Below are positions 14,150 to 28,469 of a stretch of DNA of 64,000 nt, in pieces. The translations under genes and the position numbers were made by a program. How positions within the stretch are numbered: position 1 is the stretch's first letter; each line of letters begins with the position of its first letter. The DNA is taken from positions 50,468,001 through 50,532,000 of the forward strand of contig NC_043012.1 of assembly GCF_006345805.1 (NCBI RefSeq), written 5' to 3'. The notes beneath the pieces were generated by a model. That model had not been told where the DNA came from. It ran no database searches and was given only the letters and a program-made list of their open reading frames with translations. This stretch comes from Octopus sinensis. Lineage: Eukaryota.

Positions 14150-15700
14150 CAAATATTATCATAAAGATTGACTTGAAGTCGGATATCGTTCTGATTTTGA
14201 TTGAAGTGACCATGCCGTTTCAAATTAGAATGGAAGTACACATGCGCAAGACCCAAGCGTACGCCAGTCTGCCTGAGGGAAGCAATCTCCTTGATCAAGT
14301 TTTTCACTACAGAGGCTGAAGTCAGAGAAGAGTCTGAGAATATCTGCTTACGATCACATGAAACAAGTCTCAGTCTCTGGGAAAAACAAAACCGAACTCC
14401 TAAAGGCAATATGAGAAACAGCGGAGAGATGTTTTTTGCCGAATTTAGCCGAGGAAAGATAGTTTGAAGGCGATATTTTGTATTGAAACGATAAGGAAAG
14501 TCTGACTGTGTCATTATGATAGCATTGAGAATCAACGATATCTGTTCTTTAAGTATAAAATTGAAATCCAAGTCAACGCAGAGGATTCCCAATTAGATGA
14601 AATCTCCGTATCGTTTAAATGCACACCTCTCTGGTAGCCAAGGGGCTAAAAAAGTATCTGCAAAATGACGTGGATGAGATCCAGCCCCCTTAGACATTAA
14701 AGACCGAAACGCATGCATAATGCAGGTGTCTTCTCTGAAGACCGTGTGCTATTCAGTTCTGTTGAGAGTTTCTTTCCCATTTTCTATAACGTATACATTT
14801 GTGCATATTGGTGTAAATCGGAACGTCTTCCAAACATGTCTTGTAATATCTGAACTATTTATTTCGTATTCTCTTTACTCCAATCTTGAATATCGCCATT
14901 AATTTAATAGAAATCAATAAAAGAAATACCAGAGTAACTACTGGTAGTTCATATGATTGAGTAAAATCGTAGAAAACACGAACAGTTGCAATAATAGAAA
15001 TAAAAAGTATATAATACCAGAATTATACCATTAGATGACTGAAAAAATGTCTTCTATATATGCAAATAACGCTGATGGCAAGGACCATTCTAATAGCAAT
15101 ATAATATTTTTGCCAAATTCATTTTCACATCTTGCCAAGTGAAGAATCTTCACAAAGTCTAACATCGTATTAGCAAGAATGCAATGAAACTATAAAGTTG
15201 GCTGTTAATAGTCCAGGTTGGTCAAATATTTACTTTAGTAACACCAAAACATGAGATATTTATTTCTTAATTTTTACTAAAGATTATCTCCCCGCTTTCG
15301 CCAACATATTTTGAACCGGTGATATTAGTCTTTCCCTCTTTAACGAATTGCATATCTTAGAGAAAACGGCACATACAATCACGATACCACAAAGAAGTTT
15401 TCATGTGATTAACTGGCCTGAAAGAAACAGCGGTCATATATACCACCTATTGCACTCTAATATCTTTTGGAAATGGACACATCAAACAATCTAGTACTAC
15501 ATAGATAAAACCAGAGAATGGTAACATTTGTAATATTTCAAACGTTAGTCTACCTAATCTCGCGTAATCTGGAATTAAAACACACAGGATTACCAAAAGA
15601 TGTCCAAGATATCAAATCTTATAATTTTACCTGTCAATGATTTTAAGGATTTATTCCTTTAAGACATTTAAACTATATGATTATTATTTTGCGTGAATTT
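14150..15700 (+). mobile_element. Possible ancient L1/Tx1-like LINE remnant
   Basis: Scattered stop-riddled peptides (LREAISLIK; LFTPILNIAINL; IFWKW; VSLPNL) are collinear with L1-clade RT and post-RT motifs. Confidence 0.25.
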
Positions 15701-16219
15701 AATAAATATGTTAGTTCATAAACATATTGACGGGCAAAAACATTTCCTTCCTTTCTTTTTCTTTATTTTTTCTTTCTTTTTTTTTTGTATGGACTGAAAT
15801 AACGGGAATCATATATACTCAATGCAATGCAGATGATTTTTATCCGAGATTAGCAGTTAAATCTGGATCTAGTTACAAACGACTTTTTTCGTACAGGTGT
15901 TTATACCTGATTAAACATCGTTATCTATGACCATCCTTCTTTTGAAAGTTGTTTGCATGTTATCTAAGGAATCCTGCTGTATTGTTAGGTATTGATAGAT
16001 CACGTACAGCCTCCTCATTGCTTCCAGGATAAATATGTATTGCAAATGACCAGGTGACGTGAAATCATCACCTAATTTTTATCCTTAACTTTGCGTTCTG
16101 TCAGTAGTCAAAATATCTCTAAATAACAGAGTAGAACGTACTTTCATATAAACAATATCTAATATCACTATATTCAAATAGATATGTAGCATAGGTACAG
16201 AGGTATACGTTGAACCGTC

Positions 16220-16600
16220 CAAGAGCTTGTTTACCAACCACATGGTTTCGGGTTCAGTCCCACTGCGTGGCACATTGGGCAGGTGTCTTATACTATAGCC
16301 TCGGTCCGACCAAAGCCTTGTGAGTGGATTTGGTAGACGGAAACTGAAAGAAGCCCGTCATATATATAGATATATATATGCGTGTGTGTGTTTGTGTGTC
16401 TGCGTTTGTCCCACAAGCATTGCTTGACAACCGATGCTGGTGTGTTTATGTCCTCGTTACTTAGGGGTTCAGCAAAAGAGACCGATAGAATAAGTACTGG
16501 GCTTACAAAAGAATAAGTCCCGGGGTCGAGTTGCTCGAATAAAGGCGGTACTCCAGCATGGCCGCAGTCACATGACTGAAACAAGTAAAAGAGTAAAAGA
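16220..16600 (+). mobile_element. tRNA-derived SINE, family B
   Basis: ACCACATGGTTTCGGGTTCAGTCCCACTGCGTGGCACATTGGGCAGGTGTC head/core, internal (TA)(TG) tract, CTCCAGCATGGCCGCAGTC tail. The CCTTGGGCAAG-like block recalls CORE-type SINEs (tentative). Confidence 0.9.
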
Positions 16601-16829
16601 GAGAGTACACAGTTTGGGTACATATCAGAATAGTTATAGCTAGAATGGCATTGAAAATAGTTGTGTAAGAAAATTATTAACCTAGGGCTAGATTATACAA
16701 TATTTAATAATATACGTGTCTAGTGTATCCTGCAGAGTTTGATGGAGTAATTGATCTTGATTTACTGCAAACGGGAACTGAATTATTGAAAGAGTAGTCA
16801 TTGAAACAACTTGTATGGAATTTTCTTAC

Positions 16830-17460
16830 AGAACTCTACCGATATTTAACATTTGAATGTGGATAAATATTAATGCTAATTCAAGATCTATTCGCTTCAC
16901 CACATTATACTTAGAACGTGCCGTTGACGTATTCAGTTCAGATTTGCTGGAAGGGTTGAAGAGACCGGCCTCATTTTTCAAACCAGCATTTGTACAGTCT
17001 TCTCCAAAGAGTACCATATTGCAAAGCTATCCTAAAGATAAAACATACCTAACATACGTGATGCTCATGGCTGAATAACTTCAAACCCTGTACAGCATAA
17101 GGGCTTGGTGGTGTCCTTGTCTATAGATTGAAAGCCTATTTTTTTATTAAATGTTACACCAGTAGATCTCACAAAAAGATTGTAATATCGTTTAGTACGC
17201 CACTGCTGATAATAAAGTCGTAGGGTGTACTATGATTAGCTAATACCAAAATCCATTAATGCTCGATTTCCGTATGATTTCAAGGCGAGTCTGTTATGGT
17301 AGCCAGAGAAAATTCAATGTGTTACGTGTTGATTATGTAAAGAGTGGTTGCATAAGTTGTGTATTTGAGTAGGTCAGGATAAATGGTGTTGCGATAGTCT
17401 GTGTTACAGATATTCTTGATTATAGAGTTGCCGATAATGATATTTGTTACAGTAAAAAAT
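16830..17460 (-). pseudogene. Degenerate SGNH/GDSL esterase-like ORF (LINE ORF1-type) remnant
   Basis: Minus-strand peptides NIIIGNSIIKNI (cf. block I IIGDS) and YDFIISSGVLNDI (cf. block III GxND) occur in the expected order, with stops and frameshifts. Confidence 0.35.
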
Positions 17461-17567
17461 AATGCACACGTGACTGGAACCGCAAGTTTAGTTACTGCGG
17501 TTCTTTGTTTTCAGAATCATTACTATTAATACATTGTGGACGATTCTGAGGAGCAGAGAACTACATA

Positions 17568-17618
<51 letters not shown>

Positions 17619-17879
17619 GCTGATACACATTACACTGATAATGGCGTCTGCGACGAAAATGATGAAGCTATAATGCTCATGATGGTGGAAGAGCAAATGA
17701 TTATGACGATGATGATGATGATGATTATGATGATGTTAAAGAACGTGGGTAGGGTGATAAATTTGGGGAAGTGATCGACAGTAATCACCGTTAGGATCGT
17801 ATGTCTGCTTAATGAAAATAGAAACGGATCAAAGTAATAATAAAAATAATAAAATTATTAGCAATAATAATAGATATAC

Positions 17880-18008
<129 letters not shown>

Positions 18009-18724
18009 TGCTACGCCGCTGATCACAATAGTGAATGCACTAAAAATACGTTGCAGCATCTCAGGGCACAGTTTCACTGGAATATGGCGGAGAAATTACT
18101 ATACACCATTTAGTGATCAATAGAAACTTAGTGAATATGTAAATGAAAAAAAAAAGAAGAGAAAAAACAACAAAACAACAGAAAAAACTGAAACAACCTC
18201 CTCCATCTCCGCAAAAAAAAAAATCAGCCATAACAACAACAAAAGCTGCTAGAGCAAGAACAAAAAAAATATAAGTTGTTCTCACAATGTTATTTTATAT
18301 TGCTTTATTGCTTCTGAAATGAAAGTAAAAATGCAGCATCAAAGACATTGATTAGTGAAGCAGAAAGAAGCTGGACATTAAAACGCTTCATTGAGCGTGT
18401 TACCATGTGTCTGAAAGTGACTTTGCCAAACGCTGAGCATGAAACGGTTTTCTATAGAGTTTTATAAGTTTTATAGCCTATTGACAAGAATCAATAGATA
18501 TAACATAAATTTTACTCTCCCTCAGTAAAGTTAAAATAATGTAAAATATAGAAAGAAAAAAAAACATACATACATACATTCATACATACATGCATACATA
18601 CAAAAAGCAAAAAAAAAAACATTGCTTTACAGTCGTAACTTGTTCGCACATAGACACGCACAACTCCGCTAACAACATAAAACCCAAACCTTGTACTTGT
18701 ATACATATAATGTTTAACACGTAC

Positions 18725-18799
<75 letters not shown>

Positions 18800-19010
18800 T
18801 ATATATACATATATACATATTTATATATATATATATGTATAAATGCATGCATTCATATAAGTATATATATATATATATACATACATATATATATACACAT
18901 AAAAGTATATAATCTCTATAGGTATATATATATATGTATGTATGTATGTATATGCATATCTACATCTATATATAAATTTATGCGCGTGTGTGTGTGCGTG
19001 AACATATATA

Positions 19011-19079
<69 letters not shown>

Positions 19080-19666
19080 CACATACATAAACACACAGCT
19101 ATATGGATACATGTACGTACGCGTTCGTGTATGTGTCTATGTATGTATATAATATGACTGTCTACACATTACGTCAAGTACTCACTACACCTGCACGCAT
19201 TCATGTTCACACCCTCACGGTTATTCATAGATACATGCATATGTACGTATGTTTACTCTCACATTCACAAAGTGATGGTAAAGAAAAAATATACAACTAA
19301 ATTTTACCGGTCCGTTCATTCACCATCATTGCGTTTTTCATAGGAATACATTTCCGTGTGATTGTACTTTTATTGTTTTAAGACAATGGAACAGAAAATG
19401 AACTTACTTATGTTTACGCTAAACAAATAACAACAAAATCTTTAAAAATCGAATAATAAAACTATATATAAAACTACATGCAAATGCAAGAAGTTGTAAA
19501 GCATGCTTATACATCCACAGCAATGTACCTATCGGTATATGTACATGCGTCTAGATATATATTTATGCATAGGTACACGTAAATACACTCAATTATATAT
19601 AGTATATGGATAGGTATATATATATCGACTATTTTATATTTTAAATATATATACATACACGTTTAA

Positions 19667-19708
<42 letters not shown>

Positions 19709-20013
19709 ATATTTATATACGTGTGTGCGCGCATATATATATACGAATGTGCATATATATGTGTGCGTGTGTGCGTGTGTGTGTTTGTGTGTGTATGTGT
19801 GTGATTGAGCGTGTATATATATATATACATATATAAATATATAAATATGTATTAATATAATATATATACTTATATATAATTCACATACATATCACAAATT
19901 ATATGCTATGTGTATAAAGATATCATTAATGCATGCAACAATATATATATATATATATATACATACATATATATATATATATTATATATATATATATATA
20001 TTATATATATATA

Positions 20014-20054
<41 letters not shown>

Positions 20055-20445
20055 CATATATATATATGTATGTATATATATATTAAAATATATTCATGTA
20101 TACAGAACTATGTATCTGTACATGTATATGAATAAATATGCACATTTTTTGTGTATATGTATGCGTAGGATTCTTTCTTGTATGTTGAAACAATAGCAAG
20201 CATTTACGTTTTAGTTCAATTCACATTTCCACTTCAATACGGACTATATCCCACCTTAAATATCGACCCACAGTCTTAATAAGTGTTCACCTATTATTCT
20301 CTTTATGTTCATTTTTATATTGATCACTTGAATTATTTTATTCACAATAAGATTTTTTTGAATTAAGCAGAGTGTATACACACACAAGTACATACATGCA
20401 TATGTCTGTGTGTCCGAATATACTTGTTCGAATGTGTTTATACAT

Positions 20446-20524
<79 letters not shown>

Positions 20525-21627
20525 ATATATACATGTGTGTGTGTATGTGTTTGTATGTGTTAGTGTGTGTGTAACACGCACGTATATCTGCATTAACGTA
20601 CAGGCCTACAAGAAAACACACACACATATATATAAATACTTGCATGAATACATAGAGTGGGGAGAGGGAGGAGTGAATGTGAAAAGATATGTGCTCTATG
20701 TCTATACGACTCCGTTAACCCAAATGTAAACATCCAACATTCGTTTCTGCGTCGTGGTTTCAATTTCTGTTGGTAAGCAATTTTTTAATTTAATTGGCGA
20801 AATAGGTGAGAATATGTTACAGTTATCGTAATTTATATATTTATTACTTCTTGTACTGTCTATGTCTTCTTTCAATCTAAAATATTTCAAAAATATCTGA
20901 ATAATATTAATGCATGTGAAATAATATACATTGTGTAAGGGGAAAAAATGTAACGAAAACTTATTTCAAAACACAGTTGACATATTCTTTCTGCTTTTAG
21001 GTTTCTATGTAATTAAATAATGTCTTCAGTGTTTTTTATTCCTTTTCATGCGTTAGTTTTTAACTGTTTAAATAACACTCTGTAGCGGGAAGCTTTCATT
21101 TTTTCCAAGCATAACGTGTTTGTAATATGATTACATACCCTCAACACTTGTTACGGTACATTCACCGGTTTCAAAAATATCTGTGAGAAACATATGCTCA
21201 TCCATCTAAACCTTACGATTAAAGTACACCTTTGTTTAGGGATAACCTTATAGGGAATTAGAAAGCGGAAATTATGAAGAATGGAAAATCGTAATATATT
21301 CGTTTAATAATTTCAACGTCTGGAAATGGCTAGCAAATTTTACATTAGGTTTTTGAAATTGACCTGGTGACCTCATATCCGACTGTTCTATAAGATTGGT
21401 TCCCGATTCCTTAGAAAGCATGACGGCTTGTGATCTTGAAGGAGACTCACTCAAGATTAACACAATATACTTTTAAAACAAACAAGAGATATATTACAGA
21501 TATATTTTCTATTACAGTCTTTCAACACAAAAGGTTGCTAAATGTTATCATCATCCCAATATATCTTTATTTTGTTGTATTTTGAGTTGCAGCTACACAA
21601 TGATGATAATAATGTTTCCTATTAAGG

Positions 21628-21838
21628 TGAAGAGGTGGCAGAATCGTTAGCACACCGGGTAAAATGCTTAGCGGCATTTCGTCCGTATTTAGGTTCTGAG
21701 TTCAAATTTAATCGAGATAAACTTTGCTTTTAATCCTTTCGGTGTCTATGAAATAATTACCACTAGAGTACTGTGGTCGATGTAATCGATTAAAGCTCAT
21801 CCTCGAAATAGCTGGCCTTGTGCTAAAATTTGAAACTT
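21628..21838 (+). mobile_element. tRNA-derived SINE, family A (near full length)
   Basis: GGTGGCAGAATCGTTAGCACACCGGG...GTTCTGAGTTCAAAT...GTGGTCGATGTAATCGA...GGCCTTGTGCTAAAATTTGAAAC. Confidence 0.9.
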
Positions 21839-21854
21839 GTACTTTTTGCTACTA

Positions 21855-22050
21855 TAGGCACAAATCCTTGTGTTTAGGAGTGGAGGGGTAGGATGATTGA
21901 ATTTACACAAATAGTATTTAATTGTTCGACACCGAATGAAGGAAAAAATAAAGTCTGCAGCATCGGCATTTGGTCTAGAACACTAAGTCGGAAAAATACT
22001 TCTAAGTACCTTGCCCAGCGTGCCAAATATTTTCCCAGTTCGCCGCCTTA
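21855..22050 (-). mobile_element. tRNA-derived SINE, family A (old copy)
   Basis: Reverse complement begins AAGGCGGCGAACTGGG and ends TGTGCCTAT; diverged. Confidence 0.7.
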
Positions 22051-22069
22051 ATAATAATAATGATGAAAA

Positions 22070-22268
22070 TTTTGGCACCTCACCAGCAATTTCGGATGAG
22101 AGATAAGTTGATTACATCGACAAATTGTTCAACTGGAACTTATTTTCCTGACCCCTAATGGATGAAATGCAAAATCGATCTAGGTGGAACGGGAACTCAG
22201 AACTTACAGACGGATGAAATGCCACTGAGCATTTTGTCCAGTATGCCAACAATTCTGCCACCTCGCAA

Positions 22269-22270
<2 letters not shown>
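22070..22270 (-). mobile_element. tRNA-derived SINE, family A
   Basis: GTGGCAGAATTGTTGGCA...GTTCTGAGTTCCC...GTCGATGTAATCAAC on - strand. Confidence 0.8.
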
Positions 22271-22342
<72 letters not shown>

Positions 22343-22384
22343 GTAATAATAATAATAATAACAATAATAATAATAATAATAATA

Positions 22385-22432
<48 letters not shown>

Positions 22433-22457
22433 TAATAATGATAATAATAATAATAAC

Positions 22458-22504
<47 letters not shown>

Positions 22505-22557
22505 TAATAATGATAAAAATAATAATAATAACAATAATAATAATAATAATAATAATA

Positions 22558-22618
<61 letters not shown>

Positions 22619-22620
22619 CA
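22270..22620. repeat. ~350-bp (AAT)n microsatellite
   Basis: Direct reading; source of the poly-I/L/Y/N ORFs. Confidence 0.98.
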
Positions 22621-22621
22621 A

Positions 22622-23060
22622 TGATCGAATGTCCTGATGCAGTACCAGGCAGTGGCTCTCATGGCTTCTGGCCTTAACTGATTGGAAATTGTTTGACCTT
22701 TACCAGTTGACCATGTCCCTTAGTGGCTGACGATATGTGCATCTCTGATTATGAGTAGAAGTTGTGGGGGAGCATCATAGCCATGTGTTAAGAGGAATTA
22801 TTAGAAGTTTGGGTATTTCACATTTGGAATCATGGGTAGTTCGTTCAACATCCTTATTCAGGGACATTTTGACCGGGATGTGCTTACTCAACCAGAATAA
22901 AGTCATGCGCTGTTTATTTTGATATGAGATCATCATGTTTTGCACATATGGTTGCAATGCATGGGTCTGGTGTCCCGTATCCGTAGTCATGATGGGTATA
23001 CTGGGCTTTGTACATTTTACCCCAGTGTCAATTTGATGGCATGCACTGCTCTCTCACTCA
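22622..23060 (-). mobile_element. (AAT)n-flanked interspersed repeat, family D (longest copy)
   Basis: Embedded between two (AAT)n tracts; homologous to 12975-13212 and 28760-29092. Confidence 0.8.
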
Positions 23061-23063
23061 ATG

Positions 23064-23134
<71 letters not shown>

Positions 23135-23430
23135 CTGTGAATTTGCGTGTGTAATCTGGGAACGCATACAATGAGCTTCTCTGCTGTAGATGTAAGGAAA
23201 ACACTCGGCGAGAAACGGAAGAAAATTTGTAGAAGGAAAAATATAATAATAATAATGATCTAGGGCAGATGTCCACGTATTGGGGGAGGAGATAAATGGT
23301 TTGCTAGTTATTACATCGATTTCGAAAAGACGAAGTGCAATATAAACCTCGGCTGACTTTGAACTCAGAACCTAAAGACGGACGACAGAAATATTTTGAT
23401 AAGTAATCCATCGATTTTGATAAGTAATCC

Positions 23431-23489
<59 letters not shown>

Positions 23490-23689
23490 TACATGTATAA
23501 ATATTTAATGCACGTATACGTACGGAAATTACACTGACACACACTCACACACACACACACAAATACGCACACATATATAGATTTTAAGATTTATGTATGC
23601 AGGTACATATGTATGTATTATTTTATGATTACATAAAGGAATGAATAAACAATGAAATGTAAATGAAAATCGGATAAGAGAAAGAGGAG

Positions 23690-24211
23690 TACCGTAAATC
23701 GTCGAGTATAGTCCGCCCTTGAGTATAATACGCAGGTGACTTTTCGGGGACTGTATCTCTGAAAAACTTAAACCTTGTGTATAATACGCATCCCTTCTCT
23801 AACTTGAGTCAAGAAGGTCTATATAATGTCCTTGGTTTGTAAAAATGTATACGGTAGCGTATTTTATTATTGTATATTTAACAAAATGTAAACGCATAGT
23901 TTTTTGTACAGTTTGTTTGCAGAAAATAAAGAAATAATAATAATAAAAGTAATAACGTTTAATAAATGTTGCTTACTGCAAGTTATGGATGATTCTTTTA
24001 TGACTTCATTGCTTTCAGGCTTAGCTTAAAGTATTTTCGCGCCCGACATCACAAAATGCGTCTGAATAAACATTGCCGGACAGCAAATAAAGACTCTGTC
24101 ATTGCTTAGAAAATATTTTTCATTTTTAACCTCGTATATAGTACGCACAAGGGATTTCGACCTTTAAATTTTTTGGGAAAAAAGGCGGATTATACTCGAG
24201 GATTTACGAGT
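23690..24211. mobile_element. Non-autonomous pogo/Tigger-like (Tc1-mariner superfamily) MITE
   Basis: TIRs TACCGTAAATCGTCGAGTATAGTCCGCC (from 23690) and GGCGGATTATACTCGAGGATTTACG (24184-24208); no internal ORF. Confidence 0.8.
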
Positions 24212-24654
24212 TGACCGATCAGGCAACTCAAAGTGCGTCAATGGGACAAAGGATGCAAATGGGATTTGAAAGCCCTGAGCATGATATTACTCGCTGAATA
24301 AATGGTGAATATTGGCATTCTTTTGGCTAATTATGATTAATGCTATTTTTATGGAAGAAGGTTGTCTATACGATATAAGCCTTGTTTATTTTATAGATTG
24401 TGGTGTTGAAAGGCACCTATTCGTACACACCACACGCACACACACATACGCACACTTACTCACACATTTATCCAGCGAAAACATGCGTGTGGATAGTGGG
24501 GGTGAATGAGTGCATGGACATGTACCTGTTTGTGTACGTGCGACTGTGTATGCACGCATACCATCAGGTATATACATAGGTGAATAATGTGTGTCTGTGA
24601 GAGTAAAATACATATACACATATACATACTGTATATATATATATATAATTTATC

Positions 24655-24930
24655 TATTTTTTTTATGCGCCCTTTTCAAGCCTAGCCAGGCTCATGGGAC
24701 CGGTTTGCCGATTTCTGTGGCGTATGTGTTGCCCACAGCTGGACGGGACGGCAATCCCTCGCAACGTTACTCAAGAAAGAGAAAGAAAGAGTGAGAAAAA
24801 GTTGGGGCGAAAGAGTACAACAGGGGTCACCACCACGTACTGCCGAAGCCTCGAGAAGCTTTAGATGTTTTCCCGGTCTGGGAATCGAAACCGCGAGTCC
24901 GCTGCCCTAACCACTCGCCCATTGTGCCTC

Positions 24931-24931
<1 letters not shown>
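24655..24931 (-). mobile_element. tRNA-derived SINE, family C
   Basis: Reverse complement starts GGAGGCACAATGGGCGAGTGGTTAGGGCAGCGGAC...GGTTTCGATTCCCAGACC (A and B boxes). Confidence 0.75.
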
Positions 24932-24987
<56 letters not shown>

Positions 24988-25003
24988 CATATATATACGT
25001 ATA

Positions 25004-25034
<31 letters not shown>

Positions 25035-25919
25035 ATATATTATATACATACATATGTACGCATAATATACATATATGTATGTATGTATGCACTCATGTAA
25101 ATTGAGTTCCAAGTTTTCTTAAGTATTCATTATACTGAAAAGCACAACCAGCGCCTCCGATGTCCTTGCGAGAAACTAGTCCTGTTCTTTTATGAGAAAC
25201 AAAGACAATTAAGACTCCAACCGAAGTGTAATAAAGCATATCATTAGAAGGTTTATTTTTATAAATAATAGCTTCAAAGAAACGTTCATTAACCTTGATA
25301 AACTTGCTGGGGTCAAGGTAAGGTACCCTGTCTTTGAAACTTCTTAAAATTGTATAGGAGCATCACTAGTTAATGAAGATGTGCATTCGAAATTGCAGCG
25401 AATTTGTCATATCAACTACACAGATTGATAGATTTATATTTTGTTATTAGTTTTAAAAGTGATTGACATTATATGAAAACTCAATGAAAGCTTTTTAAAG
25501 AGAAGGCGTGAATGACCTCTGAGTTTTTTCTCATGCCTTTACGCAAATACCCAGACACATATATATATAAGTACATGTTTATCTGCTTGTGTGTGTGTGT
25601 GTGAGAGGGAGAGAGAGATAGACAGAGACAGAGAGAAAGAAGGAAAGATAGAGAAAAAAGCAATAGAGAAAAGGAATGTACGCCTGCTTGTGTGAGCATC
25701 TGTGGGCATGTGTGTATTTTTTGTTGCTCTATGCAAATTGAAGGAAAACAACAGCCAACTCCATATACTTATAGCAGAGTACTAATTATTCATTTCGCAG
25801 AGTCTAAGGCTTCAGGTTTTTCTTCATGTCTAATGTTCGATGAGCTGTCCAACGTTTATGATAAATCGACAAGCGTGTAACCCGGAATACTGGCAGTATA
25901 AAGTAGTAGCTCCCCTTAT

Positions 25920-25991
<72 letters not shown>

Positions 25992-28469
25992 ACACACACA
26001 CACATACACACATTTACGCGGCGCCTACTGTAAAACATCAAAGCAACTGAATGTAAAATTTAATTAAAATAAATGATTCCTCGTTCAGAAAATTATAAAA
26101 GATTTGTATTCAATTCATTAGGATGGATTATTTTGAATTAGGTATATGTGTAATTAATAATGATTGAAAATGCATTTATTGACTACGTCACGGGTGTTAC
26201 TTTTAAAGGTTTTGTCTTTCAATTTGCTTTTCGATAGTGAATTTGAGTGCTTGTTTGAGTGAATTTGAGGAATTGTTTATTAAATAGAAAAGTAAATTTT
26301 GATGGAAGAGTATATACCTATACATATATATAATGCTTAGCTACTGTTTTACTGCGTCTATTCTTCTAAAACTTTGAAATGTTCAAGGATTACAGCTACG
26401 TTACTTAGTAAAGGGGTCATTCAACAGAAATATTACTTTGTTGTTTGAAGAAGATGTGATCTTATTACATTTCGGTCGGGGCTCTAAGTTGACTTTGTTT
26501 CTCACAAGAAGAAATTATCTCTGTTCCTTAAGCGCATTCAATGGATATTTTTCTCCAAACTGTATTGTTTCCATATCTATACCTATACGATACGCAATAA
26601 TATAATCTGAATGAGAAGAACAAAATTTGGTGTCAACGGCTATCCACGAAGCAGCCGCGAGATTTTGCGGGGTTTTACTAATTCATATTTGGAAACATGG
26701 GTTTTTGTTCAATATCCTTAAACAATCCTTATCCGTTGGTATCATTCAATCCGTTGTTTTCCTTATTTTCTCTACGGTCAGTGACTTCCATATCACGTTA
26801 ATACTAAGTTAATTAAATTAACATAACTCTGTTTATTTTTAATATGAGTTAGCTTTAAGGCTAAATCAAAATGACATTAAGAAAGCATTTCCAAGGTATG
26901 TGCATTTTAATCTTAATCTAAAGTAGAATAATTGTTGACAGTGTGTCGCAAATTATACCTTTGAATTTAAGTTGTAGTGTCACTGCCAGACTACTGGACA
27001 TCTTCGGGTGACACGATTTGATTTACAAGCATTGTGTTGACTTGAGACTATAGATATGTATCGATTTGCACAAGAGGACATGCAGTGTCTCCGACCAGTG
27101 AACCACATAATTGTAGAACAAAGTCTTAAAGGTTTGTGTCCCGAACAAAGATCATAAAGGTTTGTATCCCGAAAGTTTTAGATTACATCCGATAATAAAA
27201 CTCCTGCTGATATATAAAATTTCAGATTACAGACTTTAGTTTACTGTATCACTTACAATCTCCGCTATGATAGGCTATCTACTAAGAGAACAATATCTAA
27301 TACCGTGAAACCTTTGTATATTTTGTACCCAACAATGCGTCATTCTAATATTTAAACGAAACATTTGGTTCCTCTTCTGTTATAAAGTGTTAAGACTGAT
27401 TACAGAATTTAACTATCCTTGTCTAAGTTATGCACCGAACATACCAAGCTAAACCACCTCGAAAGCTTACAGATGTTATGCGCACTGCCCCTCATTCTAA
27501 TATTAAAATATGTTTTAAAAAATGTTGATTAACTGACCGATGAAACAGTAATTGATACAGAAAACATTACAATGATTAATCAAATGGATTCCCCACCTAA
27601 CTAAAAAGAATAACAAAAAAATCGAACTATCAATCTCGCTATTATATTGCTATTGGTCACACAATGTTATTATATAGAGGTTTCATATTAATTTTTTTGT
27701 CACATGTTACTAAAATATGCATGAATCATATTGATATTGTTCCCATGATACTAAACTATAGACGCATAATATTAATTTTAATCACAATTTATACCACTCT
27801 AGACACATTATATTAATATTTTAGTCGAGCACTGTGAATTGCACCTCGCAGCTATAAGTAAGTTGGGTGCTTATTGTGATTTCAATTCTCTCTATCAACC
27901 ATTTCAATCTATTTCTTTTCTGATATCAGTAGGAGCAACTTGAGAATCCCATTCTGCTGTGGATATAAAACCCTGAGCGTACATAAATAATTAATGTCAT
28001 CATTTACGAGTAATTAATATTAGAAGTAAGCTCTTTAATGATCAAGTCTGTTAGTGAAATTTTGATAATAACATAAATTGTAGTTACAAATGTTGATACT
28101 CTCCAAAAAAGGATGAACATTGCGTTGTTTTCCTTATTTTCTCTACGGTCAGTGACTTCCATACACAAAACGAAGTAATGTGAGATGTCGAAACCACAAA
28201 AGACACTTCTGAAATTATATTTAACGTATTTAATGTATGAAATATTAAAAAAAAAATCTAAGTAGTATAATTTATGAATCGTGAATAAAATATTATAATT
28301 AACCAACTAATATTATTTTCAGTTGTAACTTTTGTACTTGCTAACAAAGTGCTAAAATGTAATAAAGGTGACAGAAACAGTCTTGTGACTCACAAGATAT
28401 ACAAGTATTGAAATTAAGTCACATTGTAGAAATGTTGTTACCAAACGTTTTCTGTGTTGGAATTTCCAG

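Noticed and set aside
14134-14592. 152-aa minus-strand ORF, the longest non-repetitive one
   Set aside because: It starts at TTG, has no recognisable domain or convincing splice sites, and is more plausibly the antisense of a decayed LINE.
18061-18285. Signal-peptide-like MRTTYIFFVLALAAFVVVMA ORF
   Set aside because: The start codon is GTG and the hydrophobicity comes from the complement of an A-rich low-complexity tract.
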